Origin: a virus
Taxonomy: Duplodnaviria > Heunggongvirae > Uroviricota > Caudoviricetes
Length of the DNA stretch: 41,297 nucleotides
Reading direction: 5' to 3' (one strand)
Virus record (IMG/VR): IMGVR_UViG_2897346870_000001
Location: 1-41,297 of that record
Of this stretch, positions 28,341 to 35,491 are shown one piece after another; within the stretch, counting starts at the first letter, position 1, and every line of letters starts with the position of its first letter. The position numbers and the translations under genes are program-made. Under the pieces are notes generated by a model. The model made no database searches. It was not told the DNA's origin and saw nothing but the letters and a program-made list of their open reading frames with translations.

Positions 28341-30889
28341 TGGCAGCAAACGAATTTTTGACGCAGTGCGAGCGCAGTGTAAATGCTGCCGCTGGTCGCG
28401 AGCTTTCTTCCGATGAGATGGAGTCGCTGGTGCGTGACATGAACGACACCACTAGGCGAATTCTGGCGACCAATGAGGCGCTGTCTCTGGAAGAGGCCGC
28501 GATGCGCGCAGCGGAAGAACTGAGCAATGCCGATATGCTGGCAAAACAGATTGAGTCTCGCAATAAGGCAATCAACACCCGTATTGCCGCACAACGACTT
28601 AGAGAGCTTCGTACTATCTGGAAAGACCGCCCGGATATCGGGCTTGAAGCAATGCTGGTTGGCCGTAACGATGCGCGTACCGGCGCCCGCCGGTCGGTAT
28701 CTTCGGAGGTGGCGCAACTGCGCGGCAAGTATCATTCCGGTATCAACTACGATTTTGACCGTGCCGGGCTGGTGCAATTCATCGCCAGCGGCAGCAATGA
28801 CAGGGAAATTGCCGATGCAATGTGGCGCATAGGGCGCGGGCAGTCAACTGACGGTATGACAAAGCAATCCGTAAGCGCTGCACAAATCATCATGAAATGG
28901 CAGGAAACTGCGCGCATTGATGAGAACCGTGCCGGGGCATGGATACGCAAAGAGCCGGGCTATATAGTGCGCCAGTCACACGACATCATGAAGATCCGCG
29001 CCGCAGGTTATGAAGCATGGCGAAATGCTATTCTCCCGCGCCTTGATGAGCGCACTTTTGACGGCGTGGCTGACCGCGAGCAGTTCATGCGTAACATTTA
29101 TAACGGGCTGGCTTCCGGCGTGCATCTTACATCTGAAAAGCCCGATTGGATGAATGGCTTTAAGGGATCGGCGAACGCAGCTAAACGCGCCAGCCAAGAG
29201 CGAATTTTGCACTTCAAAGATGGTATCTCGTGGCACGAGTACAACCAGCAATTCGGCACCGGCAGCCTGCGAGAGGCGCTGTTTGGTGGCTTAAACAGCG
29301 CTGCCCGCACAACGGGCATGATGCGCGTATTGGGCACTAACCCACAGAACATGTTTAAGTACCTGACGGACACCATTGCTGAAGATATCAGCAAATCCGG
29401 AAGACCGGCAGCGTTGGCTGACTACATGACGAAGGTGCGTCGCATTAACCGTACCGTAATGCCGCAGGTTGACGGCTCGCTAAATATTCCTGGCAGCGTA
29501 GGCTGGGCCAATGCGTCGGCGGCTGTACGCGGCTGGTTGCGTATGAGCCAGCTTGGTGGCGCGGTAATCTCATCGTTTAACGACGTGCCTATCGCCGCTA
29601 CCGAGATGCGCTACCAAGGGCAGAATTTTATGCAGGCGTTGCTTGGTGCTATGAGAGGCCGCTTCACGCGTTACAACAGCGCGGAGCAGAAAGAGATCCT
29701 TTCCTCTATCGGAGTTTATTCCGACTCCATGACGCAGGAAATCATCCGGCGCATATCTGGTGATGACACGCTGAATGGAAAACTTGGTCGCGCGCAGCAG
29801 CTTTTCTTTAAGTACAACCTCATGAACTTCTGGACCGAGAGCGGTCGCAACAGTAACGCCATGATGATAACCAACTGGCTTGCAAAGAATGCTGACCAGC
29901 CTCATGCGCGGCTACCGGAAGACCTGCGACGCGTGCTGGATCTGCACGGTATTGGCGAACGTGAGTGGGAAATTTTTCGCAACATGGACATGGCCGATAG
30001 CGAAGGTCGTAAGTTCATGACGACCAGCGGCATCCGCGGCGTGCCTGACGAAGTGATTGCCGGTTATGTAGAGAGTAAGGGGATCAAGCCAACGCAGCGC
30101 GCTATCGCTGACGCACGCGATCAATTGGAAGGGCAGTTGCGCGGCTACATCCTTGACCGCCTGAATATCGCCATGTCAGAGCCTGGCGATCGCACGCAGG
30201 CGTTTATGAAGATGGGCACGGTGCCAGGAACGGTGGCTGGGGAAGCAATACGATTCGCTGGTCAGTACAAATCGTTCACTGCAAGCTTCATGCAGAACGT
30301 ACTAGGACGCGAAGTATTCGGGCGTGGTTATATTCCTGCTGGGCTTGGTGAGTCGAAAACCGGATCGCTGACGAATGCGCTGCTGCGTAACGGGAAGGGG
30401 GCTTTCCTTGGTGCTGCAAACCTCTTTGTCTGGGCGACTATGTTTGGTTATATCTCCATGCAGTCAAAACTCATGCTGAAAGGGCAAACACCGCGCCCGG
30501 CAGATGCCAAGACGTTTCTCGCAGCCGCATCTCAGGGGGGCGGTCTTGGCATCTTGGGTGACTTCATGTTTGGCGAGGTCAACCGCATGGGGGCCGGGCC
30601 GGTTACGTCGCTAATGGGGCCGGCAGCATCGAACGCTGACAGCATTATCACGCTGCTCCAGCAGACCACGAGAGGGGATGCAGATTTGGGTGACTGGTAT
30701 CGCACGGCACTTGACAATACGCCATTCCTCAACGTGTTCTGGCTTCGTACGGCGATGAATGGTTTAATATTGAACCGGATACAAGATGCCCTTGACCCTG
30801 GCTCTCTTGAGCGTTATCAGCGCCGTGTTGAGCGTGAGCAGGGTAACGAATTTCTGATTCCACCATCGCAGTTCATGCTAGGGAAGTAA
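28337..30889 (+). CDS. Large internal virion (ejection) protein
   Basis: 850 aa, last of three large core proteins before the tail fibre region. Confidence 0.5.
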   Translation: MMAANEFLTQCERSVNAAAGRELSSDEMESLVRDMNDTTRRILATNEALSLEEAAMRAAEELSNADMLAKQIESRNKAINTRIAAQRLRELRTIWKDRPDIGLEAMLVGRNDARTGARRSVSSEVAQLRGKYHSGINYDFDRAGLVQFIASGSNDREIADAMWRIGRGQSTDGMTKQSVSAAQIIMKWQETARIDENRAGAWIRKEPGYIVRQSHDIMKIRAAGYEAWRNAILPRLDERTFDGVADREQFMRNIYNGLASGVHLTSEKPDWMNGFKGSANAAKRASQERILHFKDGISWHEYNQQFGTGSLREALFGGLNSAARTTGMMRVLGTNPQNMFKYLTDTIAEDISKSGRPAALADYMTKVRRINRTVMPQVDGSLNIPGSVGWANASAAVRGWLRMSQLGGAVISSFNDVPIAATEMRYQGQNFMQALLGAMRGRFTRYNSAEQKEILSSIGVYSDSMTQEIIRRISGDDTLNGKLGRAQQLFFKYNLMNFWTESGRNSNAMMITNWLAKNADQPHARLPEDLRRVLDLHGIGEREWEIFRNMDMADSEGRKFMTTSGIRGVPDEVIAGYVESKGIKPTQRAIADARDQLEGQLRGYILDRLNIAMSEPGDRTQAFMKMGTVPGTVAGEAIRFAGQYKSFTASFMQNVLGREVFGRGYIPAGLGESKTGSLTNALLRNGKGAFLGAANLFVWATMFGYISMQSKLMLKGQTPRPADAKTFLAAASQGGGLGILGDFMFGEVNRMGAGPVTSLMGPAASNADSIITLLQQTTRGDADLGDWYRTALDNTPFLNVFWLRTAMNGLILNRIQDALDPGSLERYQRRVEREQGNEFLIPPSQFMLGK

Positions 30890-30890
30890 T

Positions 30891-31262
30891 ATGAACAGAA
30901 TTATATTAATGATTATTCTTATGCTTTTAGTTGTAAAATCTTTTGCAGATACTACCTCACCGTTAATGATTCAGCCTAAAAATGGGGAAACACTGGAGGA
31001 TTCTAAAAAGCATACAATGGAATATTTTGGATGTATAAAAGGGCAGGCCGTAAAATACGCTAAGACAGGAGAAAGTGTTGATTCTATATCCAAAGCTTCG
31101 GTTGTGTCATGCGAGTCGTACATACAAAAGATTGCTGAATCAAATATATACTATTTAAATTCCTCTCAAGACGGTAAGCGGAAATTTATTGGAAGGCTTA
31201 AATCAGATGGTGAAAGTTTAGCAACGAAATTTGCTATGGATGAAAAGCTAAAAAATAAATAG
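30891..31262 (+). CDS. AT-rich moron: secreted protein with signal peptide
   Basis: 123 aa; N-terminal MNRIILMIILMLLVVKSFA signal peptide, two Cys; GC content visibly much lower than neighbouring genes; start 1 nt after the preceding stop. Confidence 0.55.
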   Translation: MNRIILMIILMLLVVKSFADTTSPLMIQPKNGETLEDSKKHTMEYFGCIKGQAVKYAKTGESVDSISKASVVSCESYIQKIAESNIYYLNSSQDGKRKFIGRLKSDGESLATKFAMDEKLKNK

Positions 31263-31372
31263 GTGACTACATGCAAGCGATAGGATTCATTGGGCTGATG
31301 GTTTGCAGCTAACCTGCAAGTTTGCGAAGTGCCAAACAAATAATCTCACGGCGCTGTTCATCCCCAGGAAGC

Positions 31373-31395
31373 TGCATTGTGATTTTCACAATGCA
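31373..31395 (+). terminator. Perfect 10-bp hairpin TGCATTGTGA-TTT-TCACAATGCA
   Basis: Downstream of the moron gene; followed by GGTTTTAAA; possible end of the late transcript. Confidence 0.35.
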
Positions 31396-31412
31396 GGTTT
31401 TAAACCACTGCT

Positions 31413-31619
31413 TCATTTTCGTAAAGCCATACAAATCATGGCTTGCACCCCACCGGCAGAAGGTATGGTGATTTCCACCATACCCTTCGAGAAGCGTTGA
31501 GAAATCTTCTTATGTTGAGATTTCCAGTCTAGACCCATTCCCTCAACGATAGGTTTCATTGGGGTGTACGGTTCGCCGTTGTGATTGACAACATAAAGTT
31601 CTGCGCCGTGGAATGGCAC
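31413..31619 (-). pseudogene. Possible truncated antirepressor/Rha-like N-terminal fragment
   Basis: 68-aa GTG-initiated ORF (VVNHNGEPYTPMKPIVEGMGLDWKSQHKKI) resembling N-terminal DNA-binding domains of Rha/Ant proteins, with no Shine-Dalgarno and no C-terminal domain. Confidence 0.2.
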
Positions 31620-31766
31620 GTTGATAGTAGTGACAAATTTGAAACATCGCTGGTTGTAAGCCAGCAGATGCTCGTTATTTTACGTCGCGGCACAATTTCT
31701 CGCTGCTGGCTCTTTTACACGCATTAACCAAATATGGTTGATTTTAATATCCACCTGTGCCTATTA

Positions 31767-31846
31767 TTACCTTTGCGGTAAATTTACATCGCACTCCTCT
31801 TGTGCCATAGTAATCGGGCACTGGCAAAATCCAGTGCCGGGATTGG
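31767..31846. repeat. Inverted repeat IR-A, left copy (antirepressor promoter/leader)
   Basis: About 80 bp, near-identical in reverse complement to 34928..35007; includes operator TTACCTTTGCGGTAA (31767..31781) and the palindromic hairpin GCACTGG-CAAAAT-CCAGTGC. Confidence 0.8.
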
Positions 31847-32048
31847 TCTCCCGGATTACTACAGAGGCACATATGCCGCATAAGCGGTTTTTTTATGTGT
31901 AAAGCGCACCTATTCTATGGTGGGCTGTGTGGGGGCACCGAAAGGTGCGCCGGGTTCCTTTGTAGCCGGTAAGACCAACTCTGCACAGTTCACCACCATC
32001 TGATTGGTCTCAGCGGTGGTGATTAACCTAACTACAAAGGTGATCGCC

Positions 32049-32741
32049 ATGAATACCAAACCTTCCATCTTTTCCTTTGAGTCATCCTGCCAGATCCGTA
32101 TGTTCATGATTGACGGAGAACCTTGGTTTGTCACCAAAGATGTGTGCAATGCTTTGAATATTGATGTTACACAAGCGAGAAAACTTGATAAAAAAGGCTG
32201 GAACAAAAAGGGGCTGTATTCAATACAGACCCCTGGTGGAATACAAGAACTATCCATCGTTTCAGAATCAGGTCTCTACATCCTTATTCTGCGTTGCAAA
32301 GAGGCAATGACTGAGGGAACGAGAGCATTCAGATTTCTTGAATGGGTTACAGGTGAGGTTCTTCCTCAGATCCGCCGCACCGGAAGCTACATTAAAAACT
32401 CGCTCCCGCAGGAAGAGCGCATAAAGATGGTTGCCGACCAGGTAGCCAACGCCACGGCGTCAGCAGTAATGCAGGCGATGAAGATAGAGAACAAAACCTA
32501 CAGTGCCCCACTGAAGCCCGGCTACCGCAGCCTGATTCATTCGCCGTCTGGTGTTCTCGGCCTGACGGAGAACTCACTGCTGATGAATCTGCTGAACCAG
32601 TTACAGGAAGACGGGCATGACGTATCGGGCGCGGCGGCGGAGTTGACCACCATGTTCTGCTACATCGTCGGTGTGAACAAATGCCTGCGTGATATCCAGA
32701 CGCACGCGGAGTACATCAACGACAAAGCAGGGTTCTTCTGA
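32049..32741 (+). CDS. Antirepressor, BRO-N N-terminal domain plus shared C-terminal domain (copy 1)
   Basis: N-terminus MNTKPSIFSFESSCQIRMFMIDGEPWFVTKDVCNALNI is a BRO-N-type fold; C-terminal 125 aa nearly identical to the gene at 34013..34723; AGGTGA Shine-Dalgarno. Confidence 0.7.
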   Translation: MNTKPSIFSFESSCQIRMFMIDGEPWFVTKDVCNALNIDVTQARKLDKKGWNKKGLYSIQTPGGIQELSIVSESGLYILILRCKEAMTEGTRAFRFLEWVTGEVLPQIRRTGSYIKNSLPQEERIKMVADQVANATASAVMQAMKIENKTYSAPLKPGYRSLIHSPSGVLGLTENSLLMNLLNQLQEDGHDVSGAAAELTTMFCYIVGVNKCLRDIQTHAEYINDKAGFF

Positions 32742-32743
32742 CG
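32341..32743. repeat. Inverted repeat IR-B, left copy (3' half of antirepressor 1)
   Basis: About 400 bp, near-identical in reverse complement to 34011..34413; produces mirrored 61-aa artefact ORFs in the track (32392..32577 and 34177..34362). Confidence 0.85.
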
Positions 32744-32778
32744 AGCGGCGGCACAGGGATGTGCAAAACGAAACTATC

Positions 32779-32815
32779 GTGACATGTCACAGGCCGCTTT
32801 CGCGGCCTTGTTTTT
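32779..32815 (+). terminator. GTGACATGTCAC copy 3 fused to a strong rho-independent terminator
   Basis: Palindrome 32779..32790 directly followed by AGGCCGC-TTTC-GCGGCCT plus TGTTTTT (32791..32815). Confidence 0.7.
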
Positions 32816-32975
32816 AACGAATGCCACCGCCACCCGGGCGGGAATCCGCAGAACGCCCACCGCAGCGGGAGCCGTCAGCAGCAGTGTCGCTGTCGTGCTG
32901 ACAACGACCGGCAAAGGCCTGAGTTGAAGCTACCAGAGACAACAAAACGAACAGTGCAGCAAATGCTTTTTTCAT
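32814..32975 (-). CDS. Small secreted protein (53 aa) with signal peptide
   Basis: MKKAFAALFVLLSLVASTQAFA signal peptide then a Gly/Arg/Asp-rich 31-aa mature region with two Cys; start at the internal ATG of track ORF 32814..33047. Confidence 0.4.
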   Translation of the reverse strand: MKKAFAALFVLLSLVASTQAFAGRCQHDSDTAADGSRCGGRSADSRPGGGGIR

Positions 32976-33056
32976 TGTGAAATTTCCATCTATAAACCAC
33001 CTCAATGTGGCGTCAATGAGTGTAGCACTGACTTTTGTTTCGTCCATAAAAAACTA

Positions 33057-33569
33057 CTATGCAGGCTTTTTGGATTTGTACGAATAATCCCACGGATAAA
33101 CATTTCTACTAAGTGGAGCTGTATTCGTTCGTTCATGAAATAATTTTGTGAAATTCAATACGGAATCCATCCAAACTTTTGCGTTAGCTTTGGTGTGTGC
33201 GGGCGGGTCCCAATAAGCTAGTAAGGCTGCATCTCTTATTTCATTGACTGCATATATGAGATATGCGTTACTGGTTGGTTTTGGCCTGTAATTTCCTTGT
33301 TCATCAATCAATCCATATGACCACTCATCCCAACACTGTTCAGTACATGAGTATGAATATGATGCATATTCACCAATATTGACATGAACCTTTCTGAGAT
33401 GGAAGCCTAATACTTCCTCTGGTCTTTCAAAAAGAGTATCTTTTCCCAGATCAGGATGATGACCATGACGCCAGTGTTGTTTAAAAGCATCTTTTAGCGA
33501 AATCAGAAAGTCATCAGTTTTAAACTCACCAGTAGGTATAACCTTCCCGCTATACTCACTCAAAAACAT
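33057..33569 (-). CDS. YafO-like toxin candidate (type II toxin-antitoxin family)
   Basis: By-eye alignment to E. coli YafO recalled from memory: HPDLGKDTLFE vs LPDIFGRDALYD, LRKVHVNI vs ERVAHIHL, AYLIYAVNEIRDAALLAYWDPPAH vs AHLVYCQGAFDEQAWLLIAILKPEPH. AT-rich; overlaps the upstream gene by 14 nt. Confidence 0.5.
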   Translation of the reverse strand: MFLSEYSGKVIPTGEFKTDDFLISLKDAFKQHWRHGHHPDLGKDTLFERPEEVLGFHLRKVHVNIGEYASYSYSCTEQCWDEWSYGLIDEQGNYRPKPTSNAYLIYAVNEIRDAALLAYWDPPAHTKANAKVWMDSVLNFTKLFHERTNTAPLSRNVYPWDYSYKSKKPA

Positions 33570-33882
33570 CGAATTCCTCTTCCTTCATATGCGTTTCTAA
33601 TGAGTTAAGCTGGCGGAAAGATATCTCTTTTGATTCTGCAGATGAGAGCTTTTTTATCCGCTTTATATTCTTTGTGATAGGAATAGACATTGTATGCACA
33701 TCAGCGGATGCTCTTGGCTTTGTGCTGATAAAAATATGGCGCAATGCCGCATTTTCACTATTGAACGAGCCAATAGCTGATTTACGTGCTACAACCTTAC
33801 CAGTAAAAATACGACTCTTGCTACGCTTTGCATGAGTTCCGCTTCTTACCGGACCTCTCATCACGAATCCAAGTTTTGTCAT
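33556..33882 (-). CDS. Putative antitoxin/partner of the YafO-like gene (unknown family)
   Basis: 108 aa, basic with acidic C-terminus (MKEEEFDVFE); first gene of a two-gene overlapping operon; GGAG Shine-Dalgarno. Confidence 0.35.
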   Translation of the reverse strand: MTKLGFVMRGPVRSGTHAKRSKSRIFTGKVVARKSAIGSFNSENAALRHIFISTKPRASADVHTMSIPITKNIKRIKKLSSAESKEISFRQLNSLETHMKEEEFDVFE

Positions 33883-33924
33883 CTTTAATCTCCGGTAAGT
33901 TACAGGTATAAAATAAAAACAGGT

Positions 33925-33939
33925 TTACCTTTAAGGTAA
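33925..33939. promoter_or_regulatory. Operator palindrome TTACCTTTAAGGTAA upstream of the toxin-like operon
   Basis: Perfect-arm copy of the dispersed motif, 43 nt upstream of the 33882 start on the minus strand. Confidence 0.45.
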
Positions 33940-34010
33940 TAGTACGCTATTCACCCACAGTCTGCAATCTGTACAGAATTATTTAAAGGCACATCCCTGT
34001 GCCGCCGTTC

Positions 34011-34413
34011 TGTCAGAAGAACCCTGCCTTGTCGTTGATGTACTCCGCGTGCGTCTGGATATCACGCAGGCATTTGCTCACACCGACGATGTAGCAGAAC
34101 ATGGTGGTCAGTTCCGCCGCCGCGCCCGATACATCATGCCCGTCGTCCTGCAACTGATTCAGCAGATTCATCAGCAATGAGTTCTCCGTCAGGCCGAGAA
34201 CACCAGACGGCGAATGAATCAGACTGCGGTAGCCGGGCTTCAGCGGGGCGCTGTAGGTTTTGTTCTCTATCTTCATCGCCTGCATTACTGCTGACGCCGT
34301 GGCGTTGGCTACCTGGTCGGCAACCATCTTTATGCGTTCTTCCTGCGGGAGCGAGTTTTTAATGTAACTTCCGGTGCGGCGGATCTGAGGAAGAACCTCA
34401 CCTGTAACCCATT
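34011..34413. repeat. Inverted repeat IR-B, right copy
   Basis: Reverse complement of 32341..32743. Confidence 0.85.
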
Positions 34414-34723
34414 TGCGAAAGCGGTAGGGGATAGTGCCTGGTGTCACTGCGTCGCGGCAGCGGAGGATCAGTGTGTAGAGGCCTGACTCGGAGATGATGT
34501 TGATCTCTTTTACTCGGCTGTCAAAAATTGCACGATGTTCATGCCCTATGTTGAACATAGACCTTTCATCATCATCCAGTTTTTCAAGTGCTTGGGTGAC
34601 GTTTTGGATACGCAGCGCACTACAAACGTCTTGGGCTACAAACCATGGTTGGCCATCGATAATGATGGAACGGATAGGGTTAACAGATTCAAATTTGAAG
34701 ATGGCAGTTTGAGCATTAGCCAT
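34013..34723 (-). CDS. Antirepressor, BRO-N N-terminal domain plus shared C-terminal domain (copy 2)
   Basis: N-terminus MANAQTAIFKFESVNPIRSIIIDGQPWFVAQDVCSALRI (BRO-N-type); C-terminal domain differs from copy 1 at only 2 of about 118 residues; GGAG Shine-Dalgarno. Confidence 0.7.
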   Translation of the reverse strand: MANAQTAIFKFESVNPIRSIIIDGQPWFVAQDVCSALRIQNVTQALEKLDDDERSMFNIGHEHRAIFDSRVKEINIISESGLYTLILRCRDAVTPGTIPYRFRKWVTGEVLPQIRRTGSYIKNSLPQEERIKMVADQVANATASAVMQAMKIENKTYSAPLKPGYRSLIHSPSGVLGLTENSLLMNLLNQLQDDGHDVSGAAAELTTMFCYIVGVSKCLRDIQTHAEYINDKAGFF

Positions 34724-34927
34724 GGTGGTTATCTCCACTTAGTGATTTTAATCACCACCGCAACGCCAATTACTGGTGGTGAACTGGACAAGGTTGGCGT
34801 ACCGGCCTAAGTGGTACCGGCGTCCTTTCGGACCCCTGCCCAGCCCACCATAATTCGGATATAGCTGTGCTTAACGCATAAAAAAACCACGTCTGGCGTG
34901 GTATGCGCCACTTAGTAACTCGGGACG

Positions 34928-35007
34928 CCAATCCCGGCACTGGATTTTGCCAGTACCCGATTACTATGGCACAAGAGGAGTGCGATGTAAATTTACCTCA
35001 AAGGTAA
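34928..35007. repeat. Inverted repeat IR-A, right copy (antirepressor 2 promoter/leader)
   Basis: Reverse complement of 31767..31846; contains operator at 34993..35007 (TTACCTCAAAGGTAA). Confidence 0.8.
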
Positions 35008-35038
35008 ATATAAGCACTCCACTTGGTAATTGCAAACC

Positions 35039-35296
35039 TTATCTGGTTTGCTTTCGTAATTGTTCGGCACAATAGTCGAGATGTGTTTGCAGATCCTGCA
35101 TAGACATCTGTGAGCTGGTGACGTAGTTAATCAGTGCAGTCAGTTCGGCAAGTGGGCCATCGACATTAAATCCATCCTTATCGAGATCCCGGAGTAATTT
35201 CATCAAGTGCGATCCCTCCACCAGTGATCTGACGCCTCCCGGCGTGTGAATCCTTTCGGTAAATCCCTCTTCCAGTGGATAGTGATACTGCTGCAT
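35039..35296 (-). CDS. Stand-alone paralogue of the antirepressor C-terminal domain
   Basis: 85 aa; TPGGVRSLVEGSHLMKLLRDLDKDGFNVDGPLAELTALINYV...DLQTH parallels SPSGVLGLTENSLLMNLLNQLQEDGHDVSGAAAELTTMFCYI...DIQTH of the two antirepressors; GGAGAAG Shine-Dalgarno. Confidence 0.45.
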   Translation of the reverse strand: MQQYHYPLEEGFTERIHTPGGVRSLVEGSHLMKLLRDLDKDGFNVDGPLAELTALINYVTSSQMSMQDLQTHLDYCAEQLRKQTR

Positions 35297-35372
35297 CTTA
35301 TCTTCTCCATGCAATAACTGTATAAATATACAGTATCAAATAATTTGTTTGCTATCCAGCACGTTTTGCAAA

Positions 35373-35387
35373 TCACCTGAAAGGTAA
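35373..35387. promoter_or_regulatory. Operator-like palindrome TCACCTGAAAGGTAA in the divergent region before the tailspike
   Basis: One-mismatch copy of the motif; CATATGTGGTT at 35418..35428. Confidence 0.4.
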
Positions 35388-35491
35388 TATCTTTTCGTAT
35401 TTATGGGTTATCTATCCATATGTGGTTTTTCAGGTAATAGAATAACCAGATATGCGGCGCAACGGGTGCTGCGACTATCTGGAGATTTAAC

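Noticed and set aside
31303-31500. 65-aa plus-strand ORF
   Set aside because: No ribosome-binding site, overlaps a strong hairpin and the opposite-strand antirepressor-like fragment; likely non-coding.
31860-32048. LexA (SOS) box upstream of the antirepressor genes
   Set aside because: The best candidate, CTGTGTGGGGGCACCG, matches only one half-site well; no convincing CTGT-N8-ACAG palindrome was found in either leader.
31767-35007. Hin/Gin-type invertible DNA switch, suggested by the inverted repeats flanking the cassette
   Set aside because: No serine invertase-like ORF of about 190 aa is present in the window, and the repeats are long gene and promoter duplications rather than short crossover sites; inversion by general recombination remains possible but is not a dedicated switch.
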